Assembly: GCA_032718475.1 (NCBI GenBank) | Contig: JAUCBJ010008828.1 | Location: 1-64,000, forward strand | Direction of reading: 5' to 3' | DNA length: 64,000 nucleotides | Origin: Nemertoderma westbladi | Taxonomy: Eukaryota > Animalia > Xenacoelomorpha | In this document: piece by piece, positions 24,135 to 37,000 of the stretch | Numbering within the stretch: the first letter of the stretch is position 1 | How the letters are laid out: each line of letters opens with the position of its first letter | Notes under the pieces: model-generated | Told to the model about the DNA's origin: nothing | The model's database searches: none | The model's input: the letters and a program-made list of their open reading frames with translations, nothing else | Translations under genes and position numbers: made by a program

Positions 24135-27075
24135 CTTTATTCTTATTTATTATTTATTTATTTACCGCAGGCAACATATGGAAAATATAATATATTATAA
24201 TCGCACAATCAGCCCATATCGTCTACCTACGCTACAGCACAATAATTAAGTATGTAATTGATTATGTATGCGTGTACTTAGTAATACTAATAATTCGCTA
24301 AATTAACAGATTTTCGGAATTGCACATTTCAAAAATTCTAGAACTATGCAACGCGGTGTAACAATATACAGCATTTACAATATAATTACTGGAACATTTT
24401 ATCCTACGAAATAAACTTTGAATTGATTTGAAACGTAAATGAATGAAGCACGGAATATTGTTGCAACCAAAGAAATATGACATACTAGAACCTACAGAGA
24501 TGAAAAATAGCTTTCTTGCTGCATTATTGTATGCTACCCTTAACCGATTATAGACAACAGATGAGTAGTTCCTACGTGACCACAGAGCATTACAATATAG
24601 TGGAGTTATAAATGCTAGAAATAAACGAACTTTCACTGCAACGGTACAGGTACTAAATTTTCTAAACAACGTATTTGTACGGGCGTACATACTACCTATT
24701 TGTTTCTTAATGTCAAGATCATCATCACGTGATTCGTGTATTATATGACCCAAATATGTAAATTTATCAGTTCTAGAAATAACACGCTGGTATAAATATA
24801 TTGGAGCTATTGTACTTAAGTTACAAGATTTCGGGCACAAAAACATTACCTTAGTCTTCTTTAAATTAAACATTATAGAATGTGAAATTGCATAATCCTG
24901 ACACACATTAACTAACTTTTGTAAACCTATAAGTGAATTTGACATTAAACCAATGTCGTCTGCATACATTGTATGATTAATCCTTTGACCATTAATTGAA
25001 CAACCTACGTTAGCCATTATAAGTTTACGGGATAAGTCGTCCATGTAAACATTAAATAAATAACCAGATAATATTCCGCCTTGCTTCACGCCATTAAACA
25101 CTGCAAACGTTCTGGAATATGTAGCACCCCAGCGCACTTGTAATGTTTGATGTCGGTACCAAAAGGCTAAAATACGCACCAAATAGAGTGGTACATTCCT
25201 ATTTATTAATTTCTGAAAAAGTTTATCGTGCTCTATTCTGTCAAATGCTTTAGATGCATCCAAGAAACAAATATACATAGGAGAATCATTATCTAAGTAA
25301 TAATCAATAACCTCTTTCAGAGTATATACACAAAGCTCGGTACCGCTATTTGCCTTATATGAGAATTGGTGATCGCTACAAATTAAGAAAGACTGCATTC
25401 TAGATAATAAAATACGTTCAAATATCTTACTTATTGCTGTTGAAATAGCAACGGGCCGATAGTTTGATTTCTCATCTATAGCACCATTTTTATCTTTAAT
25501 GATTGGTACAATAATACTATGAATAATGGAGCTTGGTAAATAACCATGTACCATACAAGAACTGAAAATAAAGCTAATAAAATATTTAGCCTACTACTAT
25601 TACTGTAAATGAAATGTTCCCCAGTCCCCCATGAAATGTCCTATCGCTTTACCTAATTTTAAATTAGCTATTGCACATCCTACTTCTGCTGCACTTATAT
25701 TCATATCAGTTGTGTACAGTACTTTATTTAGTTGTTCGTATATGCTACTGCCAACACAAAACTCAGTTACTCCATTAGTTTTGTTACAATTAAACAATAT
25801 TTCAAAATCGTTTGCAAAATTACTACAAATTTCTCGTTCACCGGTCGCACCACTAACAACATTGGGTAAGGGTATTTTGCACGAAATATCTTTCTTCACG
25901 GATTTCCAAAATGAATTAAAGTCCTTAGAAAGGTTCGATTGTGCTAATTTATCGACCCGTTTTTGATTTTCGGAACGTTTACATTGTCTAAAAATACGTT
26001 TAAAATTTGCTCTGGCGTTAAGGTAGTCATCATGGTGAAGACTACCCTGCCGAGGACAGCCGGCATCTTTCCACTGTATAAAAGTATCCCGAGATTCCTC
26101 ATAGAGCGCTTTAACATGATCATTCCAACCAGGAACGTTGTAACTATTGTTTGAATTCATGTTAATATTATTACTCGGTATGGACGTTGACGCACTTTCT
26201 ACTAAAGCACCTACTATACGGTCCCACAAACTACTAAGATTGTTCACATGTGATTCATCATTACAGTTTATGGAGGTACATGTGAAGGCCTCGGGTATTT
26301 ATATATTATTCAATGAATCATTAAGTCTACGGTAATTATCGAGTTGCACCGGCCGAGCTGCAGTCCAAATAAACTTAGTAGGATTTGTAATCATAGTATC
26401 GCTTTTATCCGTAGTATTTACCGTAGCGTTAACATTAATATCAATAGTAAATCTTAAAGGTATATGATCAATGGTAGCTAGATCATAAATAACATCGACA
26501 TCCTTAATTAAAGAGTCGGACGTGGTGGTGCTGACAATATGGTCTAACCAAGAGGTGGTACTAAATGCTGCACTCACAATTGTAAACGTATGTGGTGGTA
26601 ATCGTTTTACATCGGACAAAATAATTCCGCAATTAGCGCACCAATCAGATAACTCTCTATAAAATGATTTTTGTGGCGAGGCATTAAAATCACCGACTAT
26701 ACAGCATTTCACAGTTGGGGCATTATCAATTATTGATTGTATGCGTCCTAGGTACTCTAAGTACAAATCCAAATTGTCAGATGATTCGAAAGGTAAATAT
26801 AAATTCAATATTAAAATTTTCGATTTATCCGATAGGTTTACATAAAATCCCATTATTCGTTCATCCGCTATATTTAAATACTCAATAGAAGATGAAATTT
26901 CTTCCCTTACCATAACCGCCAGACCTCCATGTGGACGGCCGCGCAATAATCCATTGGATAAATCTACTGAGATTCGCCTCGACAGATAAACTTGTCATCT
27001 ATTTTCGAGAGGAAACTTAATTCCTGTTTCGGAAGTAGATGCTCTTGTAACAAAACAATATCCGAAATATCACAC
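24135..27075 (-). mobile_element. LINE, RTEX-like, disrupted ORF2 (APE endonuclease + RT)
   Basis: Three fragments (26299-26946, 25600-26247, 24298-25554) with GRPHGG, GDFNA, WLDH, DHIP, NYRPVAI, DASKAFD, GVKQGGILS, YADD. (AAT/AAAT)n tail at ~24135-24165. Confidence 0.88.
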
Positions 27076-27329
27076 AAAAACCTATCAGTAGAAATCGATT
27101 TAGGTGTACGTAGAGTTACAGTTATATGTTGTTATTCTTATTGGATCCATTGTGAATTAATAAGGCCGAAATTTGAAATATATGAAAATTAAGGAAAATA
27201 AACAAGTACAAAAATATACAATGATATATAAAAGGTGTATATACGTGAATGAATTAAGCGAATCAAATTGATACTGCTTAATTATTCATGCTGAAACCCG
27301 ACGTGAATTATTCTATTCCACTTATATTC

Positions 27330-28090
27330 GCTGCAAAGGTGGAACCGCACTGGCTTCTGGTATCGCTCCGCTCTCCTCTAAAGTGGCAGCTATCCTTGAA
27401 TATCCAACCCCCAAGTCAAAACTCGCCCTACAACGTTTCCTTGGAATTATAAACTACTATCATCGCTTTATGGCAAGTATTGCCGCCACCCTCGCAGCTC
27501 TCCATGATGCCAATATGGGATAGGGGAAAGACATAACGTGGACCACCGAATGTCAGTCTGCCTTTGAAGCTGCTAAGGCAACGTTAACATCTGCAACTCT
27601 TCTCATGCATCCAAGTTCTAAGAGTGAGATGAGGATCAGCACCGATTCATCAAATCGCAGTCGGAGCCCAAATTGAACAGCTAAACTCTGTTTCTGATAC
27701 ATGGCTTCCCCTGGCGTTTTCTCCAGGAAACTCACCACTGCTGAGTCAAAATACAGTACCTTCGACAATGAACTGTTGGCGATATTCACCTCAGTCAAAC
27801 ACTTCCAACACTTTATTGAAGGCCGGAAGTTCCATATCTAAACCAACCACAAGCCTTTGACTTTCGCCTTCTCTTCAACCACTGACAGATCACCACAACA
27901 AACTTGACAACTCTGATACATATCAGAGTTTACCACTGATGTTCGCCATATCAATGGCTCTGATAATGTGGTTGCAGATGCACCCTCTCGTGTAGTCAGT
28001 CCAACTCTCTCTGCGATTCATGTTCCTACTATTGATTACCAACAATTGGCAGCTGACCAGGTTTCTTCCGACGAAATCGCATCCTCTGTA
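27330..28090 (+). mobile_element. Ty3/Gypsy pol relic (RT thumb + RNase H)
   Basis: KVAAILEYPTPKSKLALQRFLGIINYYHRF, WTTECQSAFEAAK, STDSS, PLAFFSRKLTTAESKYSTFDNELLAI, NHKPLTFAF, GSDNVVADAPSR, with stops and frameshifts. Confidence 0.85.
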
Positions 28091-28180
28091 GATGACCGTA
28101 AGGTCGAAATGTCATTAGACTAGAATGTCATTAATTTATTATCAGTATTTTTCCTATTTTATTAAATTTAAATAAATACA

Positions 28181-28212
<32 letters not shown>

Positions 28213-28679
28213 AACACAAAGTCAATATTAATATTAATAATTAAATAATGTAAACAATAAGATATTATAGTGGTCGGTGCTTGTCCCAACAATTCAAATA
28301 ACCCATCCTATTCTTCTTGCTATAAAGTTCCAGTTCTTTGCAACTGTCTTTTATGTCCATCACCATTAACAGATTGCTTTGCTATTGGCCCTTCTGTCAG
28401 TCTGCCCTTCCTTCTTCCTTCATATATGTAGTCCAGGTGCCGGAAGAGGTGCGTGCTATCTAGATGCCTAGGATATCGAATAGGCCCTTTGACGGAGATT
28501 CAACTGTACCGAGGACTGCGGCCGAGTTTTTTAATTTAATTTTAAATAAAAACTTCTTTATTCATATTTACTATACCGGGAAGATAGACCCCAAGTTTCA
28601 CCTTATGATAATTTTGATATAATGAACTCTTCCCTGAAAGCGGTTTGTCGATAACTTAACGATTTTGAGAACACTTTGT

Positions 28680-29026
28680 GTATGGCATGAATAATGAAAT
28701 GCTAATTCTTCTGGCACATAATATGTTTAGAATAAGAGAAACCGGTTCTTGCCATTCTAAACTAAAGGAATCACTACTCATACCAATTTATAAGGGGAGG
28801 TCCCTCGACAAAACAGTACCAAAGAATTATAGTGGGGTAATCACCCTAATCAGGATATTAGGGGAAGCTGAGATCCTTAAAGGAACCCTCATATCTACTA
28901 TGGGGACAAACGAACTCCAGATGGGTTTCAAACCAAAAATCAGCACTGGAATAACAATAACATATTTGAGTGTAACTAAAATCATTCAGTACTTACTTTA
29001 TATAAACACCACTCAGCTGCACATAT
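28680..29026 (+). mobile_element. Highly degenerate LINE RT remnant, split by the BEL insertion and continuing at ~42977-44030
   Basis: LKESLLIPIYKGR...PKNY...ELQMGFKP on the left; an SAFDRV-like motif at ~43075 on the right. Confidence 0.5.
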
Positions 29027-29555
29027 TGTGACGGGATCCAGGAGGGATCTCGATTTATCCGGTATTTTAGTTTACGCGTCCCCGCCGTGTATAAAGAGTA
29101 AACGAAACAGTGAATGAGTTCTGATGTTCGGTGTATAATAACTGATGGGTATAAGATATAGATATAGATATGTGGAAGGCGGGATATGGTAACTAAAAGT
29201 CCCGTGCTCCCCTATCTAAACTAACTAACCTATGCTAGTACTACTGCATTGAGATAACTGAATTACTGATTAATAGGTTACTGATTATATTGCACGGTTG
29301 GCCTAATTACTACCTAATCGATGCCTTGCCCCCCTCTGATTGGTTGATACCCTTGTTGGCGCCCCGTGGAGTGTTCCCGTTCACTCCACCTGTACTCTCT
29401 GGGTTAGGGGTTTGGCCCCTGACCCTTTATTGTGTGCTTCCTTCCCACTCTTATTGGGATGGCACGAGTTGGTTAATTGCCCAATCTCGTGGCTCCCAAT
29501 ATTGCTTATCGGCTTATAACTTTATGGGGTGTTAGCGGGATTGAGTAAGCTAACA
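29027..29555 (-). repeat. 3' LTR of BEL/Pao element 1
   Basis: Direct repeat of 42442-42971, preceded on the sense strand by the purine tract GGGGGGGAG. Confidence 0.97.
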
Positions 29556-30266
29556 CTCCCCCCCATGCTATCTTCCCGGTAAGAAGATAGCATCAACCAA
29601 AAAGTGCGCTACAATCCCGCTGGATCCCGATCTAGTATCGGGTGTGGGGTGGAATTCTTTTCTCTCGGAGTCGGCTTTCCAGGCCGCCCCCTATGGGTAT
29701 GATAACGCTACCCTGTGTGCCTGGCGTCTCATGTCGGGCCGATCGCGCTCACCTCTCGCGCGACTTTTGTTTCCCCAACACTTTCGCCCTATCTCACCTT
29801 CACTCTCACCCTAACTCTCTCACACTCGGACCTCCTCGTCCCCCACTCAGCCTCTTATTCTCCCCCCCCCCCACACTAGAATTGCGTCCGCACTCTCTCT
29901 GCACTCCGCACTATTATTCCGTCCCTCAACCTCACTTCGACTGTCTCTTCCCTTCTGACGAATCTCCCCCCCCCTCTCGTGCCGTCGCACTCAAGAAGTG
30001 TGAAATTGTCTGGTGTCTCGTCCATAGTGCCATAGTCAGTTATCCCCCAGTCCCAGTAGCTAATTGAGAAAGGTTGTATGACTATAGTACTTACTCCGAA
30101 CGTATATATTTCTAGATTACTAATTACTACGTACGTACATACAAATTGCACTTATATGATTATTTTGCATTAATTGAATTTGTACTTAATAGTTCGTATA
30201 TCCCACGCGGCGCCCACCAGGCGTACCACGTCCAAGTCCCAGTCTCTCTCCCTCGACTCTGGGAAC

Positions 30267-32802
30267 CTATCTGTTCCTCCGGGGGTAGTTCCCCCTAGCG
30301 TCCTCTTCCCTGGGCCGCTTCTTGGTTATCACCGTTCCTCTGGCATCATCCGCTTTCTGCTTTCGGACCTTCGCCGCCACTTCCTTGCTGATCCCGGTCG
30401 TTGGCTCCTTGGGCGCTGGTGTTATTAGTGCCCGATATCGCTTCGCCGGTGGCCCCTCAGAATGGCCCGGTTGTCTCCCTCTAGTGGCGTCCCATAGGAT
30501 CATTTTCATTGCCTTTGGTACGTGCTCCGCCAAGAAATCCCTAAACTCCCTTCGGTTCTCTGGCGTCCACCTGTCCAGATACCTTTGCGTGTTCATCACT
30601 CCAGCGTACGACGCCGCCGTTGCTACCTCTTGGTAGGTAAACGGTAGCCTCCGCTTTATGATTTCCATGTGAGTCTCCTGATTGATAAGGAAGAAACCCC
30701 ACTTAAACTCCTGGGCCTTCATGCGCTGGCGCGTCATGGCCCCGACGTCGGCCCACTCCTCGAATCTTGTGAACTTCTCCTCGTCGTTCATCCAGTCGCA
30801 CTCGCGTCCGTAGTGTCCCCGAAAGTGGCACTTTGGACATCGGTTATGCAACCGTGGACACGCCCCCATCCTGTGGCTTGGTTCTCTGCAGTAGAGACAA
30901 AAGGTTCCCTGTTGGAACCGGTATAGACAGCTGCTTTCCCGATGGGTCCGTCTCCCACAGTAATCGCAGCCGAGTACCAATGTCTCCCGTCCCACCTCGT
31001 CTTTCGTCCCAAGCGATCTCCGCGGTCTGTGGAGTCGCTGGTAGGCGAATTTCTCTACGTTGGTCTCCCTGTCTACGTCGATCTCTCCGCCCCTCTCGGG
31101 CATCGTCTCCCCGAATACTATCCGTGGTGCCGTCCCCGGTTGCTCGCCCAACCTGATGGTGCTCCCCGCGAAATCCATCGCCGGCTCCTCGTGCACCCAG
31201 GTCCGCTTGCCGGATCTGTTCCAGAAGGCCCTTGCCCCACTGGCCGTCACCACCCTTCCGCCAACCCAGTCCGTGTCCGAGTGGCCTATCCTCTCGATGG
31301 GCGGTATCTCTCCAAACTCGTCGTCGTCGTCCTCCTCTTCTGGTAGTGTCTCCAATCCCGGTATCCCGATGGATCCACTATGTCCCTTCCCGCCTTGGCT
31401 CTCGCCCGTAGCTCTCCATCCCTCTAGCTCCCTTAACTTCCTTGGCGGTTGGTCGCCCTCGGCGCCCGCTGGTATGGGCATCGTTCGCAACCCCGACGTC
31501 GACTGTTTCGGCGATCCCACCGTCCATCCCAATTCTCGCCCTAGAGACTCCCCCGAACTCCCTGACGAAGTCCAATGAAGTTCGTCTAGGCCCGCCTGTT
31601 CCTCGAAGCCGTAACTCTGTGTCCTGGCCTCCTCTTCCCTCTCCTCTGCTTCTATCCTCTCCCGTCTAGCGACTTCTTCCAGTCGCTTTGCTTCTCGTCT
31701 ATCCGTCTCTAACTGCTCCCATCTCTGATACGGTGTATCTGTCTCCCCGTCTACCAGATGTCGGCTGTTGTAATACACCGACTCGCCCTTCAGCCCCGGG
31801 TGGTCTACCAGACCGTCAAAGGCCACTTTAAAGGCTCTCCTGTAGCTTAGGGGTGATCCCGATAACAGAAATGCCCCTGGTTCCCTCTCGATAATCACGG
31901 TCATGAATAAGTTAAGCAAACTTATCATCATCCAGTCCTCCTGCAGGATATATCGCTTCTGATATACCTTTATCGCTCCCCTGCGGAACTGATATACCTC
32001 CTGCTTTCCCGGTCTCGCTCCCCACTTTAGCGAGTTCGCTAGTTCTGCCCCGTATTCTTCCCTAAACTTCCCCCAGGAATACGAGCCCCAATAATTGGCC
32101 CATCGCCACCGCCCCGCATTGGCCTGTGTTTTCGACTACCCCCAATCCATCCGGTGCCGTCATAGCCATAAAGACTTTCTGCATATCCAGGAGGTTGGTG
32201 GCGTCCGGACCGATGATCCTCTCCGCGTCCTCGCGAATCGCCGATCCCACTTTCGTCGTCGACTTCTCTCTTACTAAGACTTGTACCGCTTTCGGTAATC
32301 GGTCTAATTTCGGCCCGTCCTTCTTCCCATACGTCCCTAGGTCGAATAAGAAGATGTCCCCATTTGGCGCGGCCAAATGTAGGAGTATGGTCCTGGCCGA
32401 CCCTGCCGTTCCTCGTCTCGAACCCGCTTCGTCTTCCACGGTTCCCTCGTCATCTAGGATCATATATCCTCCTCTGTTGACGGACTCTATGAATCTTTTC
32501 CAGTCCTTCCTCGGTGATTCCCTCGGGTATTTCGGAATCCCGAACTTCGCCTCGTCCCCTTTCACCACGTAGTGGAAGTGTTGGAAGATCGCGTTGTCTA
32601 GCGACGGGGTCCCGTAGGTCCCGACCAGCCGCTGTTCGTGCGCCTCCCGGAAGTGATCCTGCAGCGCTCGTGCCGCGTGACCCCTTTCCAACCTCTCGTA
32701 GTATCCTCTCGTCTTCTCTTCCGGATGTCTCTAGGTGAAATCCACCAGTATCTCCTTTCCTCCTGACTCCGCCTTTCTCTTTCTGATCAACTTACTCGCC
32801 AT
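30267..32802 (-). pseudogene. Extra ORF of BEL element 1: DEDDy (RNase D/WRN-like) 3'-5' exonuclease + coiled coil + three CCHC zinc knuckles; one in-frame TAG (32733-32731) and one frameshift (~32135-32064)
   Basis: ATG at 32802 (MASKLIRKRK...). ExoI-like YMILDDEG, LLHLAAPNGDIFLFDL, ExoII-like LPKAVQVLVREKSTTKVGSAIREDAERI, NLLDMQ, ExoIII-like YQKRYILQED. Knuckles CDYCGRRTHRESSC, CLYCREPSHRMGAC, CPKCHFRGHYGREC. Confidence 0.75.
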
Positions 32803-33289
32803 TCCGAACGTTCACTCGCTCACCTGCAAGGTGGTGCCTTACCAAGGCGCAATACAGATGAGTGATGTATCTAGGATGTTCTGTACAGTTCGATAATGGC
32901 CTACTTCTACTTAACTGCGCCTTTTAACCTAAATTATTCCTAATTAATTTTGAAGCTAGTAAATACACCCTAATTTCGATTTCTGTCCGTTACTTTTATT
33001 ATGTTCTAGAATAGCTTCCCTTGTGTTGCCACTATTTTACAATTTTCAGCCCTATTCTATTTATTTATTTATTTACTTTGATTCTACTGTCCTACTACTT
33101 GCTACTGCCTATGGATTACTCTATTCTCTAATCCACATTCTGGCCTACTCTGTGGGTCTATGCAGTACAGCAGTATACGTCGTGTGGCCACACGATTTAC
33201 CCAGCTGTACTCATATGCCCCCCTCTCGCTACTAACTGCTAACTAATATCTATATCTTATATACCCCTTTTACTTCTTACTTTCTCTCT

Positions 33290-33895
33290 TCTAACTAACG
33301 GTACTACGTACCCTCTAACTCTCTAACTAACTAACGGTACTACGTACCTTCTAACTCTCCTCTAACTATCGGTACTACGTACCCTCTAACTCTCTAACTA
33401 ATGGTACTACGTACCCTCTAACTCTCTAACTAACTATCGGTACTGCGTACCCTCTAACTCTCTAACTAACTATCGGTACTACGTACCCTCTAACTCTCTA
33501 ACTAACTATCGGTACTACGTACCCCCTAACTCTTCTAACTAACTATCGGTACTACGTACCCTCTAACTCTTTAACTAACTAACTAACGGTACTTACGTAC
33601 CCTCTAACTAACTCTCTAACTGGCGGTACTACGTACCTCCTAACTAACTAACTAACTAACGGTACTTACGTACCCTCTAACTAACTCTCTAACTGGCGGT
33701 ACTACGTACCTCCTAACTAACTAACTAACTAACGGTACTTACGTACCCTCTAACTAACTCTCTAACTAACTAGCGGTACCACGTACCCTCTAACTAACTT
33801 TCTAACTGGCGGTACTACGTACCTCCTAACTAACTAATTAACTAGGTACTACGTACCTTCTTACTAACTCTCTGCCTACTAACTGCGTACCTACC
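33290..33895. repeat. Internal tandem array of BEL element 1 (GGTACTACGTACC core + (CTAA/CTCT)n spacer, about 15 units)
   Basis: Seen directly between the pol stop and the extra ORF. The core is a short hairpin (GGTAC-TAC-GTACC). Confidence 0.9.
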
Positions 33896-34004
33896 ATGTA
33901 CTATTTTTTTATTTATTTTATTTTGTTTGTGGGAAGGGCGTCTCGCCCTCAATCCCACCCCCCTCAGTCCAAAACTTGGACGACTAAAATATCCTCTAAC
34001 TTTG

Positions 34005-37000
34005 CTAAGGTGCCCCTTCTAATAGACAACATTTACCTACAGCTCTCCTGTAGGTTTTTCTGTCCTTCGCACCTATCTTTCCACCTATCCGCACTTCTAC
34101 CGATCGGACTCTTCCGTCCTCGTCGGAGTAGGTGCCTACAACTCTCGCCAACTGCCACTGGTTGTTGATGATAGTATCATCCGTAACGATTACGAGATCT
34201 CCCTCTCTTAACTCCCTGTTCGGCTTCCTCCACTTGCTTCGCTTATGGAGTGTGGGTAGGTATTCCTCGACCCACCTCCTCCAATACTCTGCGCTTATTG
34301 CTTTAGCGACTTTCCAACTTTGGCGGGAGTGTATGTCATCTGGGTCTACACCCCGCATATCGATGGTCGCTGGCCTTTCCATCAGGAAATGGCTAGGCGT
34401 CAGCACGTCTAATGACTCAGGGTCATCATTCTCCGGATATAGCGGTCTGCTATTAATGATCCCCTCGCACTTCGCAAGTACTGTCCGTAAGACGTCCTCA
34501 GTGACCATGTGGGTGTTCATCAGCTTCGTCATTAGACGCTTTGAACTGCCCACTAGTCTCTCGACGCATCCTAGTGTATGTGGTGCATACGGCGTCCTTC
34601 TCTCCCACTTTACTTGTCGTCGTCTCATGGCTGCCCTGACTTCTTCTCCCTCCAGGATGTCCAAGGCCTCTGCCATCTCACTCTCTGCGCCCACAAAGTT
34701 GGTGCCGTTGTCGCTGTATATCACTGCGATCGTCCCACCTTTGCGGTCCCTAAATCTTTCTAAGGCGTTAATGAACGCTGATGCGGTTGCATCTTGGGCG
34801 AGTTCTATCCCTACCGCCCGCGTATTGTTGCATACGAAGATAATGCCGTAGCGTTTCTCCGTGTGTCGCATCACTTTGATCTTTATCGGCCCGAACATGT
34901 CCACACCGCAATGCGTAAATGGCGGGTCGTGCTGTCTTACCCTACTCGCCGGTAGTGGTGCCATCTCCTGTACGGCTCGCTCCTTCTTCGCTCGTCGGCA
35001 GGTCTGGCACTGCCCCACTACCGCTTTAACCTTCTTCCTTAATTGTTTGACCCAATAGGTCCTCCTTATCTCTGTGAGGGTTCGGTTGGTGCCCCCGTGC
35101 AGTATCGATTTGTGGGAGTCCCATATAATCTGGTGGACTATTGGCGATCCTGTAGGAATGATGATGGGTTTCGGTGGTACCACTATGCTGTTGTTGTATC
35201 CCACCCTAGAATTCATTACTAGAATCCCGTCGTCATTGAGTTGTGGCGACAGCGTAATCAGCTCGCTGTCCCGTCGGATGTGCTGTTGGTTACCGACGCG
35301 TTCCACCTCGTCGCCGTAGTTCTTCCGTTGTTCATAGCGGATCACTGCCTTGGCCGCTCCTTCCAGATCTATGGTTGTCCTGATTTTCTTGTCCTTGCCG
35401 ACTCCCGCAAGGAAATTCCCGAAGGCTCTCCAATACGCCACTAGTTTCTTGGTCTTATACCAACTAGAACTGTAGCTGAGGAGTTTATCCGTTGGGTTAT
35501 CGCACAGTTCCCTTCCTGGTTGCACGTCCCTAATCTCCCTCACCATCTGGGAGTATATCTCTTCTCCCTCTGAATCTCCCTCTTCTCCTTCTGATACTAC
35601 TTCCGAGCCCGGGTCCACCTTCCTCATCGGCGGCCAGGCCTCCCTATCGCTCAGAAATTGTGGCCCATGTTGCCACAATACTTCCTTCTTCAGGAAAGTG
35701 TGGCGTTCCACGCCCCTCGACAGCAAGTCCGCTGGGTTCTCGTCTGTTGGGCAGTAGTGCCACCTTTCCAGTTCTGTGCTCGCCCTTATTTCGTCCACTC
35801 TATTCGCGACGAATATCGGGTATCTCGTCTTTTCGTTGTGTAGCCAACCAAGCACTACCATGGAGTCCGTCCAGTAGTGTGTCTCCACTATGTTGGGAAT
35901 AGTATCCACTAGGTAGGCTGTGGCTCTTACTCCTAGTCTCGCAGCTGTCAATTCTAACTTGGGAACAGATGCTGAATCTGGGGGCGTTGACTTTGCTTTG
36001 CTAAAGGCTAGTCTGGGCCTGTGAGCCCCCTCTCGTTGTACTAAGTAGAGTGCCGCTCCGTACGCTTCCAACGACGCGTCGGAGAACATGTGTAGGTCCA
36101 GATTCGTCATGTTCCCATCCGGGAAATACACCCTTGGCATGTTGTATGTTCCCATCTTCTCCAAGTTTCCTGTCCACTTGCTCCACTGTCTCTTGATTTC
36201 CTCTGGTACCTCTACGTCCCACTCATCTTTCAATTTGTATACTCTCTTGAGTATCTCTTTCCCCGTGACTAATAATGGGGATGCTAGGCCTAGGGGATCG
36301 TATATCCTTGCTATATACGATACATAGCCCCTCTTCGTGTGGATGTCTGCGCCCTCCTGGCTCAGCTGATACTTCAGTTCGTCTGTCTTTCTATCCCACA
36401 CGATTCCCAATGCCTTCTGCTGAGATTCTGTTCTCTTAATCGCCATGTCCTGCCCTTTGGCTGTTGTGGGGTTATCCATGGTCGATTCTGGTTTCCTGTC
36501 CTCTATGGCTTTGATAAATTCTTCCGAACTGGATTGGAATTTGGTCAGGTTAAAGCCGGATCCTTTTAGGATGTCGCGAACCTCGCGCCCTGTATCCAGT
36601 ATCTCCTTAACCGTATTCCCAGACTCCATTCCGTCGTCTACGTAGAAGCCACGTCGAATCATATCGACGGCTCTACCGCTGTATCTATCTTCCTTCCCCT
36701 TTACTGTGTCTCTCACTGCCATAGTCGTCGTAAATGAAGACGACTTGGCCCCCATGTTCTGTACTATCATCTTATATGCTGGTATTATCGGCGGTTCTTC
36801 TTCGCCGTTATACCATAAGAAGCGTTGACTGTCGCTATCTTCTTCCGTTACACGGACTTGGTTGAACATGCCTTCTATGTCACACGTGAAGGCGTGTTTC
36901 CCATTTCGAAATCTAAGTAACACCTCTATGCCCGAATTGTAAATGTTTGGGCCTTCTAACAGGTAGTCGTTTAAGCACTTTCCGTCGGTCTTTGCCGATG

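Noticed and set aside
29290-29535. 81-aa ORF repeated at 42706-42951
   Set aside because: Lies antisense within the LTRs, has a non-ATG start, and is duplicated only because LTRs are.
30267-32802. env gene
   Set aside because: No signal peptide, TM helix or fusion-protein features; the motifs fit an exonuclease and zinc knuckles.
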